From NCBI GenBank assembly GCA_977016875.1, contig CDRNST010000025.1, positions 2,604,001 through 2,668,000 on the forward strand: DNA of 64,000 bases. Direction: 5' to 3'. A program made the translations under genes and the position numbers. The notes beneath the pieces were generated by a model, which saw only the letters and a list, made by a program, of their open reading frames with translations, had not been told where the DNA came from and ran no database searches. Positions 51,301 to 62,714 of this stretch are shown in pieces. Source of the stretch: Pavona decussata. Its lineage: Eukaryota. Position 1 is the stretch's first letter. Every line of letters begins with the position of its first letter.

Positions 51301-54300
51301 TAATTGTTTAATACAGGTACTTCAACTGATGGTTTGTTTAAAGAAAGCCAGGCACATACTATTTTGAAGAGAGGATTGTTACACAAAAGGAAAAGAGACG
51401 CAGAAGACACAGGTAAAACATCTGAATCTCTGTTGTTTTTGTGGAAAAACACTCACTAAGGCGTTGATATCAGTAAATACAGTACGCAAAAACCTCGGAA
51501 AGCAGGCATTATTAATTTCGTCGTAAGACGTGCAAGAGATTAACTTGAATACATGTTTCAGTTAAGCATACATGAGAAGTTCTTATTAGTTATTGATTTA
51601 CAGGTACGTCAAGTGATGATTCGCCTGAACAGACGCCAATATCTTGTAAATCCAAGAGAGTGTTGTCGCACCGCACTTATAAAAGTTCCAAACGGAAAAA
51701 GTGTGTGGAAGTCTCAGGTAAAAACGCCTAAATCTGTATTACTTTTGTAAGATAAAGTAATTGATTTTTCTGTGGCCTAATGAAGACAATCATTCAAGGA
51801 GATTCCATTAAATTGCACTACACATCCATACTACGGTACTTTCTTGCGTTGCAAACGCGTGGGAGAGAATGGGGCAATTATTAGTCCTTTTCTGGTAAAA
51901 AAAAAACATAGTGACTTCCTATTTTTTTTTTTTTTTTGCACGTATTTTAAGAAAATACGACTCTTAGCGATATCTTCAAATTTCAAAAATTTTCTTGTCT
52001 CAGTTTTGAAATATTCTCAGGATCAGCTATTACAATTTGTTATTTAAGTGCTTCATTGGATGGGTGCAGTAACCCAATACAACCCTATGTTTTCGTTAGT
52101 GTCATACTTTAGCAGTTTTAAGGCATTCTACTATCACGCTGTTACGTCGTTACGTTCTTACAAGAACAATAAGTAATATTTTATTGACAGGAATAGCTTT
52201 TTGGAAGTAGTGGGTGACTCATCTCTCAAGGCTTGGTTTTTTAGTAATGATGTCATAAACTAGCAAAGTTATTATATACTTCATGCATCCCTACAGCGGA
52301 AAACAAGCAGTAACCCCCATTTTTTTCTCTTCAATCTTGATATACTAGATATAATAAGCAACTGTGCAAATTTCTCACGAAATTCATTAAGTTTGTTTTT
52401 CGGTGGAAATGCTTTAACATCACCTTTAGCTTGTAAACATGCTTGCCTNNNNNNNNNNNNNNNNNNNNNNNNNNNNNNNNNNNNNNNNNNNNNNNNNNNN
52501 NNNNNNNNNNNNNNNNNNNNNNNNNNNNNNNNNNNNNNNNNNNNNNNNNNNNNNNNNNNNNNNNNNNNNNNNNNNNNNNNNNNNNNNNNNNNNNNNNNNN
52601 NNNNNNNNNNNNNNNNNNNNNNNNNNNNNNNNNNNNNNNNNNNNNNNNNNNNNNTTCATTTGTTCCGTCCTTCTTTCTTCCTCCCTTATTCCCTGTCTCC
52701 CTTCCTTTCTTTCCTTCTTTCTTCCTTCTTCACTTCTTTCTACCTTCTTTCCTTTTTGCCTTCCTTTGTTTGTTTCTTCCTGGTATTCTTTTCTTTCTTC
52801 ATTGACACTTTAATAAAGTGATTGATTTATTTTGTTTCATTAACAAGATGCTGCGCGCATTGAAAGGGAATTCAATTGGCCTTAAGTAACTATCAACACA
52901 TGCATCATTCTTTCTTCGATCAGTACGTCCAAACATTGTAATAAAGGGAGCGAAATTAGATAGACTGTAACACCGACTTATGGTACAGTTGAGCTGCATC
53001 CATCGTATCTTTTATGTATGCAGAGATTGCAGAGACAGACGTGCATGAAACACCGGGAAGAATGATGTCATTATTAATCTATTCCCCCCCCCCCCCCCTT
53101 CCCAACCCCTTACTAGGACTACTGAGTGCCTGCATAGTTGAGCTCGAACTTTTTGGTTACCAATTCCTGACATTAAGCCTTGCTTTGTATGGTCTGATTA
53201 ATATTTTAAGGATGCCTCAGTTAGTAATGGCAACTATAGTAAGTTATATATGAAAGTTCGTCTACCTGATGTGTTATAATCACTTGGAGCTTCAAAACAT
53301 TTAGAAAGTCTAATAAGGTTTTTGCTTACTCTTCAGCGAAGCAAAATTTACGTGATGTCGAGCAACTGCAACATTATCTCAGGAACACCACCAGGATGAC
53401 TGACGTATCAAAGAGGTTGGAAGAAATTGCTTCAGACAAAGGCTTCACAGTTTCTGATAATGAAGGATCAGGAAATTGCATGTTTTACTCATTGTCAGAA
53501 CAACTGGACCTTGTGAAGGGAATTCGGATATCTCAAAACGCGTTGAGGCAGCACATTGTCCAGTATCTCGAGAAGAACCCTACTCTGGTGAGTCGCTTAG
53601 GGTGAAGAATCTTGGAAGATGTCGATGTCAATTGATGACCATGATGTAACTGTAAGGGAATATAAATTTTAAAAAAAGTCATCGCATGTGAGATGCCAAC
53701 TCAATTCATCAAGTATATTGTGGAAATGATGAATTGGGAAGAATATTTTTTTCCGAATACTAGACAACATTTCATCTTTTTGATGGTAGCTACTGTTAAT
53801 TAAATTGGTGCACTGAGGTACACGGAAAAATTGGGCAAAACCGAAAGATTGTCGAAACTTCACTAATATTGAGGACATTTAATGTTCATTCTTACAGAAA
53901 GCAGTGAGATTGAGCTTGTGACCATCTTAGGAAGGTTTTGGAAAATCTTAAAAAAGACAGTGTACAATGAAACTTCCAGCAACTTCAAAAAACTGGAAGA
54001 AAAGAAAACCAAATGCTTTGCTAGGCATTGCCTTCCTCCTTTTGAGCTAACATCCGCCTTAACCAAATATGATGCTTATTCTTATTATTTTCTTCTTTTT
54101 AGTCAGATGGCACAAAACTGTTCAATTTTGTTCACGGGTATCAGTCTTGGTCTGATTACCTAACAAAGATGTCTGCAGATGGGACGTGGGGTGATCACGT
54201 GATTCTCCATGCTGTATCAAACTGCTATGAAACATGCATTCATGTGATTAGCAGTCTCTCAGCCAATCATGACGTAACCATCAGCCCAGAACAAAATCGT

Positions 54301-54573
54301 GATGTTGACAGCAGCAACCGGCTTGTGCTGGGGCACTTACACGAGCACCACTATGTCAGTCTTCTACCCAAACCAGGTGAATAAGCTGTCACAGTTAAAC
54401 TTTGAAAAATAGGTATTGGCAGATACAAGCTAGTCGGTTTGACCTACGAGCAGATAATCAGGGCCAAACTGAACGATAAAATGGGTAAAGTTAATGCGAG
54501 CCAAAAGCATATCTGGTTATTGCTACTTGTATCATTTGCATAGAATTTCGATTAGTTGACACTGTATAATATC

Positions 54574-54654
<81 letters not shown>

Positions 54655-57216
54655 GCGGCAGATATCGCAGATGAGAGTTTATTATACGGGCCCATTGATT
54701 ACATTCCTCCTGGCGTTTTTGACCTGATCGACGAGAAAATGATCTTTGATGCTGCATCCAAAACAAAGGGCTCAGCCGGGCCGTCGGGGATGGATGCCGA
54801 GCTATATCGAAGAATCCTTTGCTCCAAGAATTTCAAGGCTGAAGGCAAGGTTTTGAGAGAGGAGATTGCCTTTTTCACAAGAAATCTGTTAAAGATCGCT
54901 TACCACCCGTCTTTGCTAGAAGGCTACACCTCTTGCAGACTCATCCCCTTGGATAAAAACCCTGGAATACGACCTATTGGCGTTGGCGAGGTCCTGAGGC
55001 GAATAGTTGGAAAAACTATCGCTGGATTTTTGAAGGAAGAGATCAAAGACGCAGCGGGCCCCCTTCAGGTTTGTGCAGGCCATAGTGCAGGCTCAGAGGC
55101 CGCGATACATGCTATGAGTCAAGTGTTTGCAGAAGAAGGAACGGATGGTATTTTACTGATAGATGCAAGCAATGCCTTTAACCAAATGAACAGATCCGTC
55201 GCCTTAGATAACATCCAGATAACCTGCAAGGAAATGTCACTTTACATCATTAACACCTACAGAAGCCCGTCGAAGCTCTTTATTTGCGGCGGAGGTGAGA
55301 TACTATCACAGGAGGGTACAACGCAGGGGGATCCCTTAGCCATGCCCTGGTACTCGGTCAGTACATCTATCATGATCCAGAGCTTAAGGATAAGCACACC
55401 AGGTGTTAAGCAAGTATGGCTAGCCGACGACTCTGCGGGGGGTGGACTAATCGTGCCCTTGTATAATTGGTACAATCACCTGAGTCAGGAAGGAAAGAAG
55501 TATGGTTATCTAGTGAATGGACCAAAGAGCTGGCTGATTGTCAAGTCGGACGTACTTGCAGTTGAGGCAAAAAAGGTGTTTGGAGACGAGGTTAATATTA
55601 CAACTGAAGGTCAGTGCCACTTAGGGGCCGTCATCGGATCTCAAGAGTTCAAAGATCAATATTGTCGGGAAAAGGTCCTTGGATGGAAAGGAGAACTCGA
55701 AGCCCTATCTGAGATAGCAAGGAGCCAGCCTCATGCAGCCTACACTGTTTTCACGAAGGGTTACAAATCCAAGTTTACCTATTTCATGCGCACAATAGAG
55801 TCGTTTGAAGATTACGTTGACCCTATTCAAGAGGCGATTGACGACTTACTCCTCCCAACACTATTCGGTCAAACGGAGCCCCTCCCTAGCAATCTGCGTC
55901 AGCTTTTTACTTTGACACCCGCTCAAGGAGGGCTTGGCGTACCTGACTTACGGTTTGAAGCTCCATAGCAGTTTGCTGCTTCTACGACAATAACAGCATC
56001 GCACGCAGATTCCATCACCAAACAGAGCACTTTCATGGTGGCAGGCGAGAGGTCCACGGAGGAGTTAAAAAGACAACATCAAGCTTCAAAAATTGCGTTG
56101 GTGAAATCGAGAATGGAAAGTATTGATTCCACTCTACCCTCGGATCTGCTGCGGTCAGTTAACCAATCGAGAGACAAGGGTGCGAGCTCGTGGCTTACCG
56201 CAGTACCTCTTGTCGATCAAGGCTTAGTGCTGAATAAACAAGAATTCAGAGACTCTCTGCGTTTAAGGTATAATTTTCCCCTGACTGATTTACCAAGCAA
56301 GTGTGTTTGTGGGGAGAAGTATACCGTCTGCCATGCCCTGTCATGCAAAAAGGGAGGGTTCGTGGCGCAGAGACATGATGGCGTCCGCAACTTACTTACC
56401 TCTTTTCTTGGTAAGGTTTGCACCAACGTTGAAGTCGAGCCACAACTACAACCTCTCGACAATGAGCAATTCAACCTCAGAAGCGCGGTGACAAGTCCGG
56501 ATGCAAGACTGGACATGAAGACAGGGGGCTTTTGGTCTCGAGGAGTTACAGCATTTTTCGATGTCAGAGTAACGCATGTTAACTCCAAGTGTAACCAGAG
56601 AAAAGCAACATCGACAATCTTTAAAGAGCAGGAAGAGGAGAAAAAGCGGAAGTACCAACAGAGGGTGCTGGACGTTGAAATGGGATCTGTCACTCCCCTA
56701 GTTTTTGGAACCAACGGTGGGATGGGAGCCGACTGCAATTGCTTTCTCAAACGCCTAGCCGAGAAGCTCTCAGAAAAGAATGAGGAACCTTATCACATTA
56801 CTATCACTTGGATTAGAACATTGCTTTCTTTTGAGATTTTAAGGTCGGTACACACATGCGTAAGAGGCTCCAGGACACCTTTTCACAAAATTCCATTTGA
56901 GGATTTCATTGATGACTGCCGCTTAAACGCTAGCCAAGCGTGTCTCCGCTAATTTTAGAAAGTGAATGATGGCGTGACGTTGTAAATTAGTATTTTAGGA
57001 TCTTTTTAACAACTTTTTTTATTTCATCAAAATTTTAGTCTTACTATTGTTAAAAAATTGTGCTTGAAAATAGCTCTGTTGTGCTTGGAAATAGTCGCTT
57101 TTTTTTTAATCGAAATGAATTTTAAATATTGAATTGTAAATAGGTTTTAATAGCTCTTTTTTCTACTTTTAACTTGTAAATATCAATTTTGCTTGGAATA
57201 TTATAATAAAGAAAGA

Positions 57217-57298
<82 letters not shown>

Positions 57299-58977
57299 TC
57301 TAGGCATTTCTACAAACATTTGTGGATGCCAACTTTCAAAATATTTAATGTCAACTCCTGCTAAAATAGAGGCCTTTAGGACCACGATCTAGTGCGGTGC
57401 GTAATGTTACCAATTCATCCTCGCTGGGTCTTCATTCCTATCCACAATAACAAGATGTCTGTAATGGAAAGGTGTTCGCAAGACTGAACTTAACTGTATT
57501 TGATTACAGTTGAAGGGTTTGGTACGTGGTGAAAAGGGGTGTGAGTGATAGTTTGCCACAAAAATTCGACGCGCTCCACATAAGCTTTTTCCTTTACAGA
57601 TTGTTATTTACATTTTTATTGTTAATATCTTGATAAGTAAACCAGGGCTATCACTTAATGTGCTACGTAGAAGCTGTTGGTATATTTTGGAACAGCGTAG
57701 TATTAATTGGCAAAGAGGACACCTTCTGAGGATACTAAAAATTAACCAAGGTCTCTGTCTTGCTAGTTGCGACTAAAGAACAGTTTGAAAGCAGCTCGTA
57801 TGGCGCTATCCCCAACCTCTCTGAACGCTCTAGCAATCACTCTTCCCAAAAAACACATGCACTGCCAAAGGATGGGGAACAACAAGTCATTGAACATCTA
57901 AACATTCAGTGATTTTCTACGTTCGTTATATGTACAATGAACAGTATGAACAGTGTGAAATTCGCATTTTGATCGTTGTAGCGGAGTTAGAAGAGTTTGC
58001 ACGTACAAATGACGTCATTAAGAGGTGTAACTGGCGCACGTGATGAGAGTCTAGAGTCCAGTCAGATTGACTGGTCAATAAATTTTTTCAAACTGTTTTG
58101 GCGAGTAGCGGAAAACACAGGAAAATTTTTTGCGGGAAAGTAAAACTTGTCCAATGAAAATCTGTCGACGCCCGTTGCAAGTGACTTCAACCAGGTTAGA
58201 AAAAGCTAGAATTTTGTTGTGGTGTGAAAAGAAAGGAGGTATTTGTCGAAAAGTGATGTCCATAGAAATCCTGTAATGGCGAGTAATCGATTACAAATCG
58301 CAGTGAAGCGGCTGGCGTGCTGTAATATTTTGGGGTCAGAAATTCTCATCGTGACATTTGTCACGCTACTCGAAACGGCTCGTAGCGCACTTCTTAGTTC
58401 TTGCCGCAGTTTGACGTAATCTGTTTGTTATCAGACAACAGACGCACTTTTTACATAACTAACGCCTTGAAGACGGTGGTTTGCTGTATTTATTGGCCGA
58501 TATTTTCAGGGATTTTGATACATAGCAAATTACATGTGCTTGCACTGTTTTGTTCTTGTTAGGTTTTTCAGGGAGTCATTACTTCGAAGGGATTTTAGTG
58601 ACAGACTTTAATTTTGCTGCTTGCTTCTTTCAAACAATGGCAACCATCGGTACTTTACGTTATTCTTATTTAAATGCTCAAGCACTCTGTTCTTTGTAGT
58701 TGCAGTTAAAGATGGCAGTCCATCTCCTGATGAATTGGAGGAAGTATCAGTGAGCATTGGCAAATCTTGGCACGCGCTAGGACGTCGGCTAAAATTTGAC
58801 AAAGCAAAGCTGGATGGGTTTGACCATTGTAAATGGGAGTTAAGCGAGAAAGCATATGAAATGCTGATGAAGTGGAAACAAAAGGAAGACTCAGCTGCAA
58901 CGTACCAAGTTTTACATGAAGCATTGTGTCACAAATTCGTAAATCGTACAGATTTAGCGGACAAAATTTGTCGTTAA
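39034..58977 (+). CDS. Copy C, apparently complete gene: TPR x10 - Roc - COR - Cys-rich - OTU - Death (about 1568 aa ROCO protein)
   Basis: Exons 39034-40462, 43179-43564, 43881-43940, 44312-44371, 45346-46070, 46428-46677, 49382-50165, 51317-51412, 51604-51717, 53337-53587, 54103-54376 and 58700-58977 total 4707 nt, in frame with canonical sites. An in-frame TGA at 39013 precedes the ATG. The gap at 52449-52654 could hide an exon. Confidence 0.85.
39052..40260 (+). repeat. Coding tandem repeat, about 10 x 120 bp
   Basis: agtattaaacatggtaaagaaagc or a close variant recurs at 39181, 39301, 39421 ... 40141 with an exact 120-nt period. Confidence 0.95.
41021..41880. mobile_element. Copy C specific insertion of about 860 bp with an internal direct repeat
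   Basis: Absent at the homologous B site (about 16470). cggaatgc/gcattccg sub-terminal inverted repeat; about 110-bp direct repeat at about 41148 and 41311. Confidence 0.55.
43179..43564 (+). CDS. Copy C Roc GTPase exon 1
   Basis: VPSEIKARG...RARIMLIGQDRAGKTSL (G1) and QSTNGIEV (G2). Confidence 0.9.
43881..44371 (+). CDS. Two duplicated 60-nt phase 0-0 microexons (43881-43940 and 44312-44371), SGFTAAKEDESMEKKSQVNQ
   Basis: gaatag|tctggt ... aatcag|gttggt occurs in both units of an approximately 431-bp tandem duplication. Confidence 0.6.
45346..46070 (+). CDS. Copy C Roc exon 2
   Basis: LDLWDFAGQHLYYASYPVFLS (G3), PVFIVGTHADK (G4), FFSIDN (G5 region) and PYMGEEVP. Confidence 0.92.
46428..46677 (+). 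CDS. Copy C COR exon 1
   Basis: RWFNFEK, MLDFYHDLGII and QWLIDVFKQLIT. Confidence 0.88.
49382..50165 (+). CDS. Copy C COR exon 2 plus Cys/His-rich segment
   Basis: ORF 49400-50203; 784-nt exon, the same length as in copy A. Confidence 0.88.
51317..51717 (+). CDS. Copy C linker exons (51317-51412 and 51604-51717), both phase 1-1 with basic clusters
   Basis: acag|gtac ... cag|gtaaaa boundaries; 96 and 114 nt, both open. Confidence 0.68.
52449..52654. other. Assembly gap (206 N)
   Basis: Run of N followed by CT-rich low-complexity sequence. Confidence 0.99.
53337..54376 (+). CDS. Copy C OTU exons (53337-53587 and 54103-54376)
   Basis: DNEGSGNCMFYSLSEQL, GTWGDH and LGHLHEHHYVSL. Confidence 0.88.
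54574..54652. repeat. (TTA)n microsatellite at the 5' flank of the retroelement
   Basis: About 26 TTA units. Confidence 0.95.
57218..57297. repeat. (TTA)n microsatellite / 3' tail of the retroelement
   Basis: About 26 TTA units with one interruption. Confidence 0.95.
58700..58977 (+). CDS. Copy C terminal Death domain exon (divergent type)
   Basis: WHALGRRLKF, EKAYEMLMKWKQKE, ATYQVLHEAL and NRTDLADKI. Acceptor tttgtag, phase 1. Confidence 0.85.
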
Positions 58978-60371
58978 GCTCAAGTTCAAGTTCTTGGAAA
59001 AGTTGCTGAAAAGTAATTATGGTCTGCCACCCCTTGGATAATTTGTGCCCCACCGTTATTGCAAGAGGTTAGTCAGTGTTGTCAACCATAGTAATAGTAA
59101 TAATTTCGTGAGATACCATAGGGGTTAATAATCACTGAGCAAATAATCACTGAACTACCTGTTCCTTACTAAAGACTTGTTGAAAACATGAATACAACAG
59201 TTTAAAACTGTAAATGCTTTAAACCCAAGAGTCACGCCAAGATTAGGTAAATTATTATCATCCGAGTAGGTGTAATTATGAGAAGGTATGTTTGAGATGA
59301 CATTGACTGTCTGGACAACCTGAGTTGAAATCATCACCAAGGTTAATTTTCTGATGATCACCGGTTTGTCATCTCTCAAACTGTCCCTCTCACGACTACC
59401 CGCACCCAGCGGTGATCATAACTTACCTAATTATAAGTTCAATCATACTTTGAAGTGAGACATGAGTATAAATAGACATGAATGAAAAATAAATATGAAT
59501 AAACGGAACAGAAACAGAGGAAAAATTCCTAACATCACCCTATGGTTACTTTCACGTAGACGGCTATGCCACATAATTAATCCACTTTTCTTACAGTTCT
59601 AATTTAGTAAGATAGAGGGCCACAGATACCATTTAGTGCTGTTTAAATAAGGGACCTACTTACTAATTCCATACTAAGATTCAGTTTGAAATCATTTACA
59701 GTACTTAGCAAATGACCTGGAGGAGTCTCCTGGTAAGAAGACACACTGTTGTTGCCTTATCTAATTATTCACAAAGAAAGACTTCTATCATTCGAGTTTT
59801 TCATACGGGACAAATTTAAAACAAACCGTCGGTTTCAGACATGTACAACATTGTAAACATGCCAAGTCCCCGTTAAAATGTTACTTTAATACCTTTTAAT
59901 TACTAGCTGCAAACTATTAACCTTTTCTTTATTTTTTCCTCAACAGGAAACTAGCAAAGGTGTGTTTTCTCGACTGGTCACATCTCAGTTTCAATTGAGA
60001 AGTCTTCTACTGCATGCTTTCAATTTAAATATGTCTAGGTAAACGGTTTCTTTCGCCGTTTCTTGATCTTTTCTTGGAATAACTTTCAACTGTAAAGCAA
60101 AGAATGACGAATGAGTAATCAATGAAGTTTTCCCCTTGTTCATTGAGTTTAAACGTTCAGTATTTTAATGTTCAAGGAAATGGTTCGAAAGTATTCGACT
60201 GCAATTAGCCGTCACGGTGATGTTATTGGCTGTGAAGATTGTAAGAAATGATTTGTAGATCTCGATCCGTTCTTTTTTGGTCAAATGACCGTCGGCCTTT
60301 TGTTAGTAATATTAACTGGTCTGTCTACTTTTTATCTGTCTTGTTGATGTCGTAATAAAGTTGCTTGTGAT

Positions 60372-62714
60372 GTACACGAATGACCACAAGTGACCACGAG
60401 TGTGAACATGAAAATATTCTACTGACTCATAATGACGTCATTTTTATCAAAAAGCCACTATTTAACCGCAAATAGACCGTTTTCGGACACCTAGATAGGT
60501 AAATTTGATACTAAAGACATTTCCGACGGACAGGGGAGAGAGCGGATGGTAAGAAGATGGGGGGGGGGGGGGGGAATGTCTAAATTTACCGCATTTCATT
60601 ACCCTTACGAAAAGGCTTTTGTTAGTGAAACACCGGTTGTCACGAAGAGATATGCGTCGAGTATAAATAGAAAGTGTTGAGGCGTGCACCAAATTCATAT
60701 TAAGCCAACTTAAATGGCCGCGTGGGAATTTTTAACGGGGTCATTATACCGAGACTCAGAAGATTGTAAGTTTTTTTTTTATCACCAGCCAGATGTTCCC
60801 TTCCGTTGACGCTCTTATGGCGGGAATGTTTATCTATGACACAGAGGATATTACATGGCCGCGCGTAGATACGAAATTTCTCTTCGAGTGTTGAAAAATA
60901 TTTCACGAGTGAGCGCAGCGAACGAGTGAAATATTTTTCAACACTCAAAGAGAAATTTCGTATCTCCAAGCGGCCATGTAATGTTCTGTTTATTATATAA
61001 CGCCAATGAAATAGCAAACCGATTGCAAAAGGCGCGATTTATCATGTAATCATAGCAGCGGTGATATCCACGCTTGAAGATAACATGTTATTTTCACGTG
61101 TGAAGATATCATGTTTTCGCGCGAAAGCTCACCTGGTATTTCATTGGTGTTTACACTGAATAAACAAAGTTATTTTATACCTAATTTTCGAGAAGACTTA
61201 AGCCCCATTTTATACACGGATAAAAATGGTACACGTATCAAAAACTATAGCACTGATGTCCTGTTTACATGTCTTTTTTCTGCCGTGCTAAGCGGTGTGA
61301 GAAAATGTTTTGGTACGGGTAAAAGACTCAACATCTTGGGTAGCGTACATGATTATTCCTTAGGGCGCATGCGGCCAATGGCTTATTTATTTACAGTCAA
61401 TCGTTTACACTACACATTTCGTCCGAGCCGGGCCGAGTTTTTGGAAACGCGTACCAATTTCACCCGTGCTCGGACTACCTTTTAAGAAGGGCCGAGCACG
61501 GGTGAGATTTTAGGTCGGCGGGAATAAAATTTGGTAGGGCAAAATCATTTACACTAAAAAATTTACCCGAGCCGAACCCTTTTTTTGGGTACGCGTGCCA
61601 TTTTTATCGGAGCCGTGCCAAAGATTTTCTGTAGTGTAAATGGGGCTTTAGTCTCAAGAAATCGAGAGACTAGTATTTGCAAGGCTTTATTTTCGCCTTT
61701 AAAAAATGCAAATGCCACAGACGTTGCATTTTTATAATTATAGTTATTTTTAATGCGATTTTCTATTTTTCACTAGTAGTTATTGCAGAGGAACAAATCT
61801 AAGCAAATGACTGAACCTAAATTTGAATGAAATTTGAAGAGGTTTTAAGAAGGGCTAGAAGAAAGAAAATGATTTTTAGAACAACAACAGACAGTGGATA
61901 CCCACGCAAGAGCACCCCAGGTTGCCAGTGGACTAACTTGGTGTCCGTCTATTAATTATTAACTGCAAATTCTAATTTTAAAATTTCACTAAATCTTCAA
62001 TATTTCTTACTTCTCTTAATTTTACCAATCCTTCTAGAAAAACTATCTCCTCCCAAATATACCAAAAAATCACCCAAAAATTCACAAAAGACCCCACAAC
62101 ATAGATTCACGGGATGAGCATAGAGTTTTTGGATTGCTTGCAACGTGAACGAGATATTTCCATTAAAGCCATGTCAAGTGCTGAAAAATGGCGTTTAGGT
62201 TAAGTCCCCCCTTAATTTGATACTGAAGACGTTTCAGAGAGACGACAGGGGAGCGGATGGGGGGAAGGGTGTGATAGGTGGGGTGGGGTGGTCTAAGCTT
62301 ACCTCCTCCCGTTACCATTAATCCCACCCTCTACTCCCTCCTTTTTTGTTGACTTTGCCTTTTGAGAATTTTGGGACTGCAAAATGTAATTAATTACATT
62401 TTCTCAAAAGGCAAAGTCAACAAAAAAAAGGGGGGGGGGGGCTGGGATTTAAGGTAATGGGAGGAGGTAGATTTAGACCACTCCAGCCCCCATATCACAC
62501 CCCTCTCCCCATCCGCTCCCCCCTCGTCTCTCTGAAACGTCTTCAGTATCAAATTAACCTATATTGGTATGCAAAAACGGTCCATTTGAGGTTAAGTAGT
62601 GACTATTTGATAAAAATGACGTCAGTATAATATTTTCATGCTGTTCTCACTCGTGGTCACTCGTAGTCACTCGTGGTCATTCGTGGTCACTCGTGTGTAC
62701 TTTTAGACACGATC
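60372..62714. mobile_element. Foldback-type element with long TIRs and nested MITEs
   Basis: 60372-60550 is the reverse complement of about 62510-62700, including 10-bp cactcgtggt tandem units. Internal palindromes at about 60845-60990, 61200-61650 and 62214-62555. Confidence 0.65.
61200..61650. mobile_element. MITE with aagccccattt / aaatggggctt TIRs
   Basis: Terminal inverted repeats flanked by TA/TTA. Related fragments at about 12370-12523 and 30950-31101. Confidence 0.6.

Larger units (their letters stand above)
54574..57297 (+). mobile_element. 5'-truncated non-LTR retrotransposon (RT + Zn knuckle + restriction-like endonuclease, CRE-like) flanked by (TTA)n
   Basis: RPIGVGEVLRR, LIDASNAFN, GTTQGDPLAM and WLADD (RT); CVC...HALSC; RHD, ARLD, FFDVRV and EKKRKY (RLE). 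ORFs 54556-55968 and 56035-56952 are in the same frame, split by one TAG. Absent from the homologous intron of A and B. Confidence 0.92.

Noticed and set aside
52393-52821. ORFs containing X runs
   Set aside because: Artefacts of the N gap and CT-rich sequence.
54491-54766. Poly-Leu N-terminus of ORF 54556 as a signal peptide, and the poly-Ile and poly-Asn ORFs (also 57122-57385)
   Set aside because: These are translations of the (TTA)n tracts.
56217-56750. Antisense ORFs over exons and the retroelement (e.g. 737-1072, 4062-4304, 43272-43652, 56217-56750)
   Set aside because: Shadow frames of real + strand coding sequence with no recognisable motifs.
54556-56952. RT as part of a retron or diversity-generating system acting on the TPR repeats
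   Set aside because: The RT is followed by a Zn knuckle and RLE typical of non-LTR elements, is truncated with a stop, and is present in only one copy. No separate template repeat was seen.
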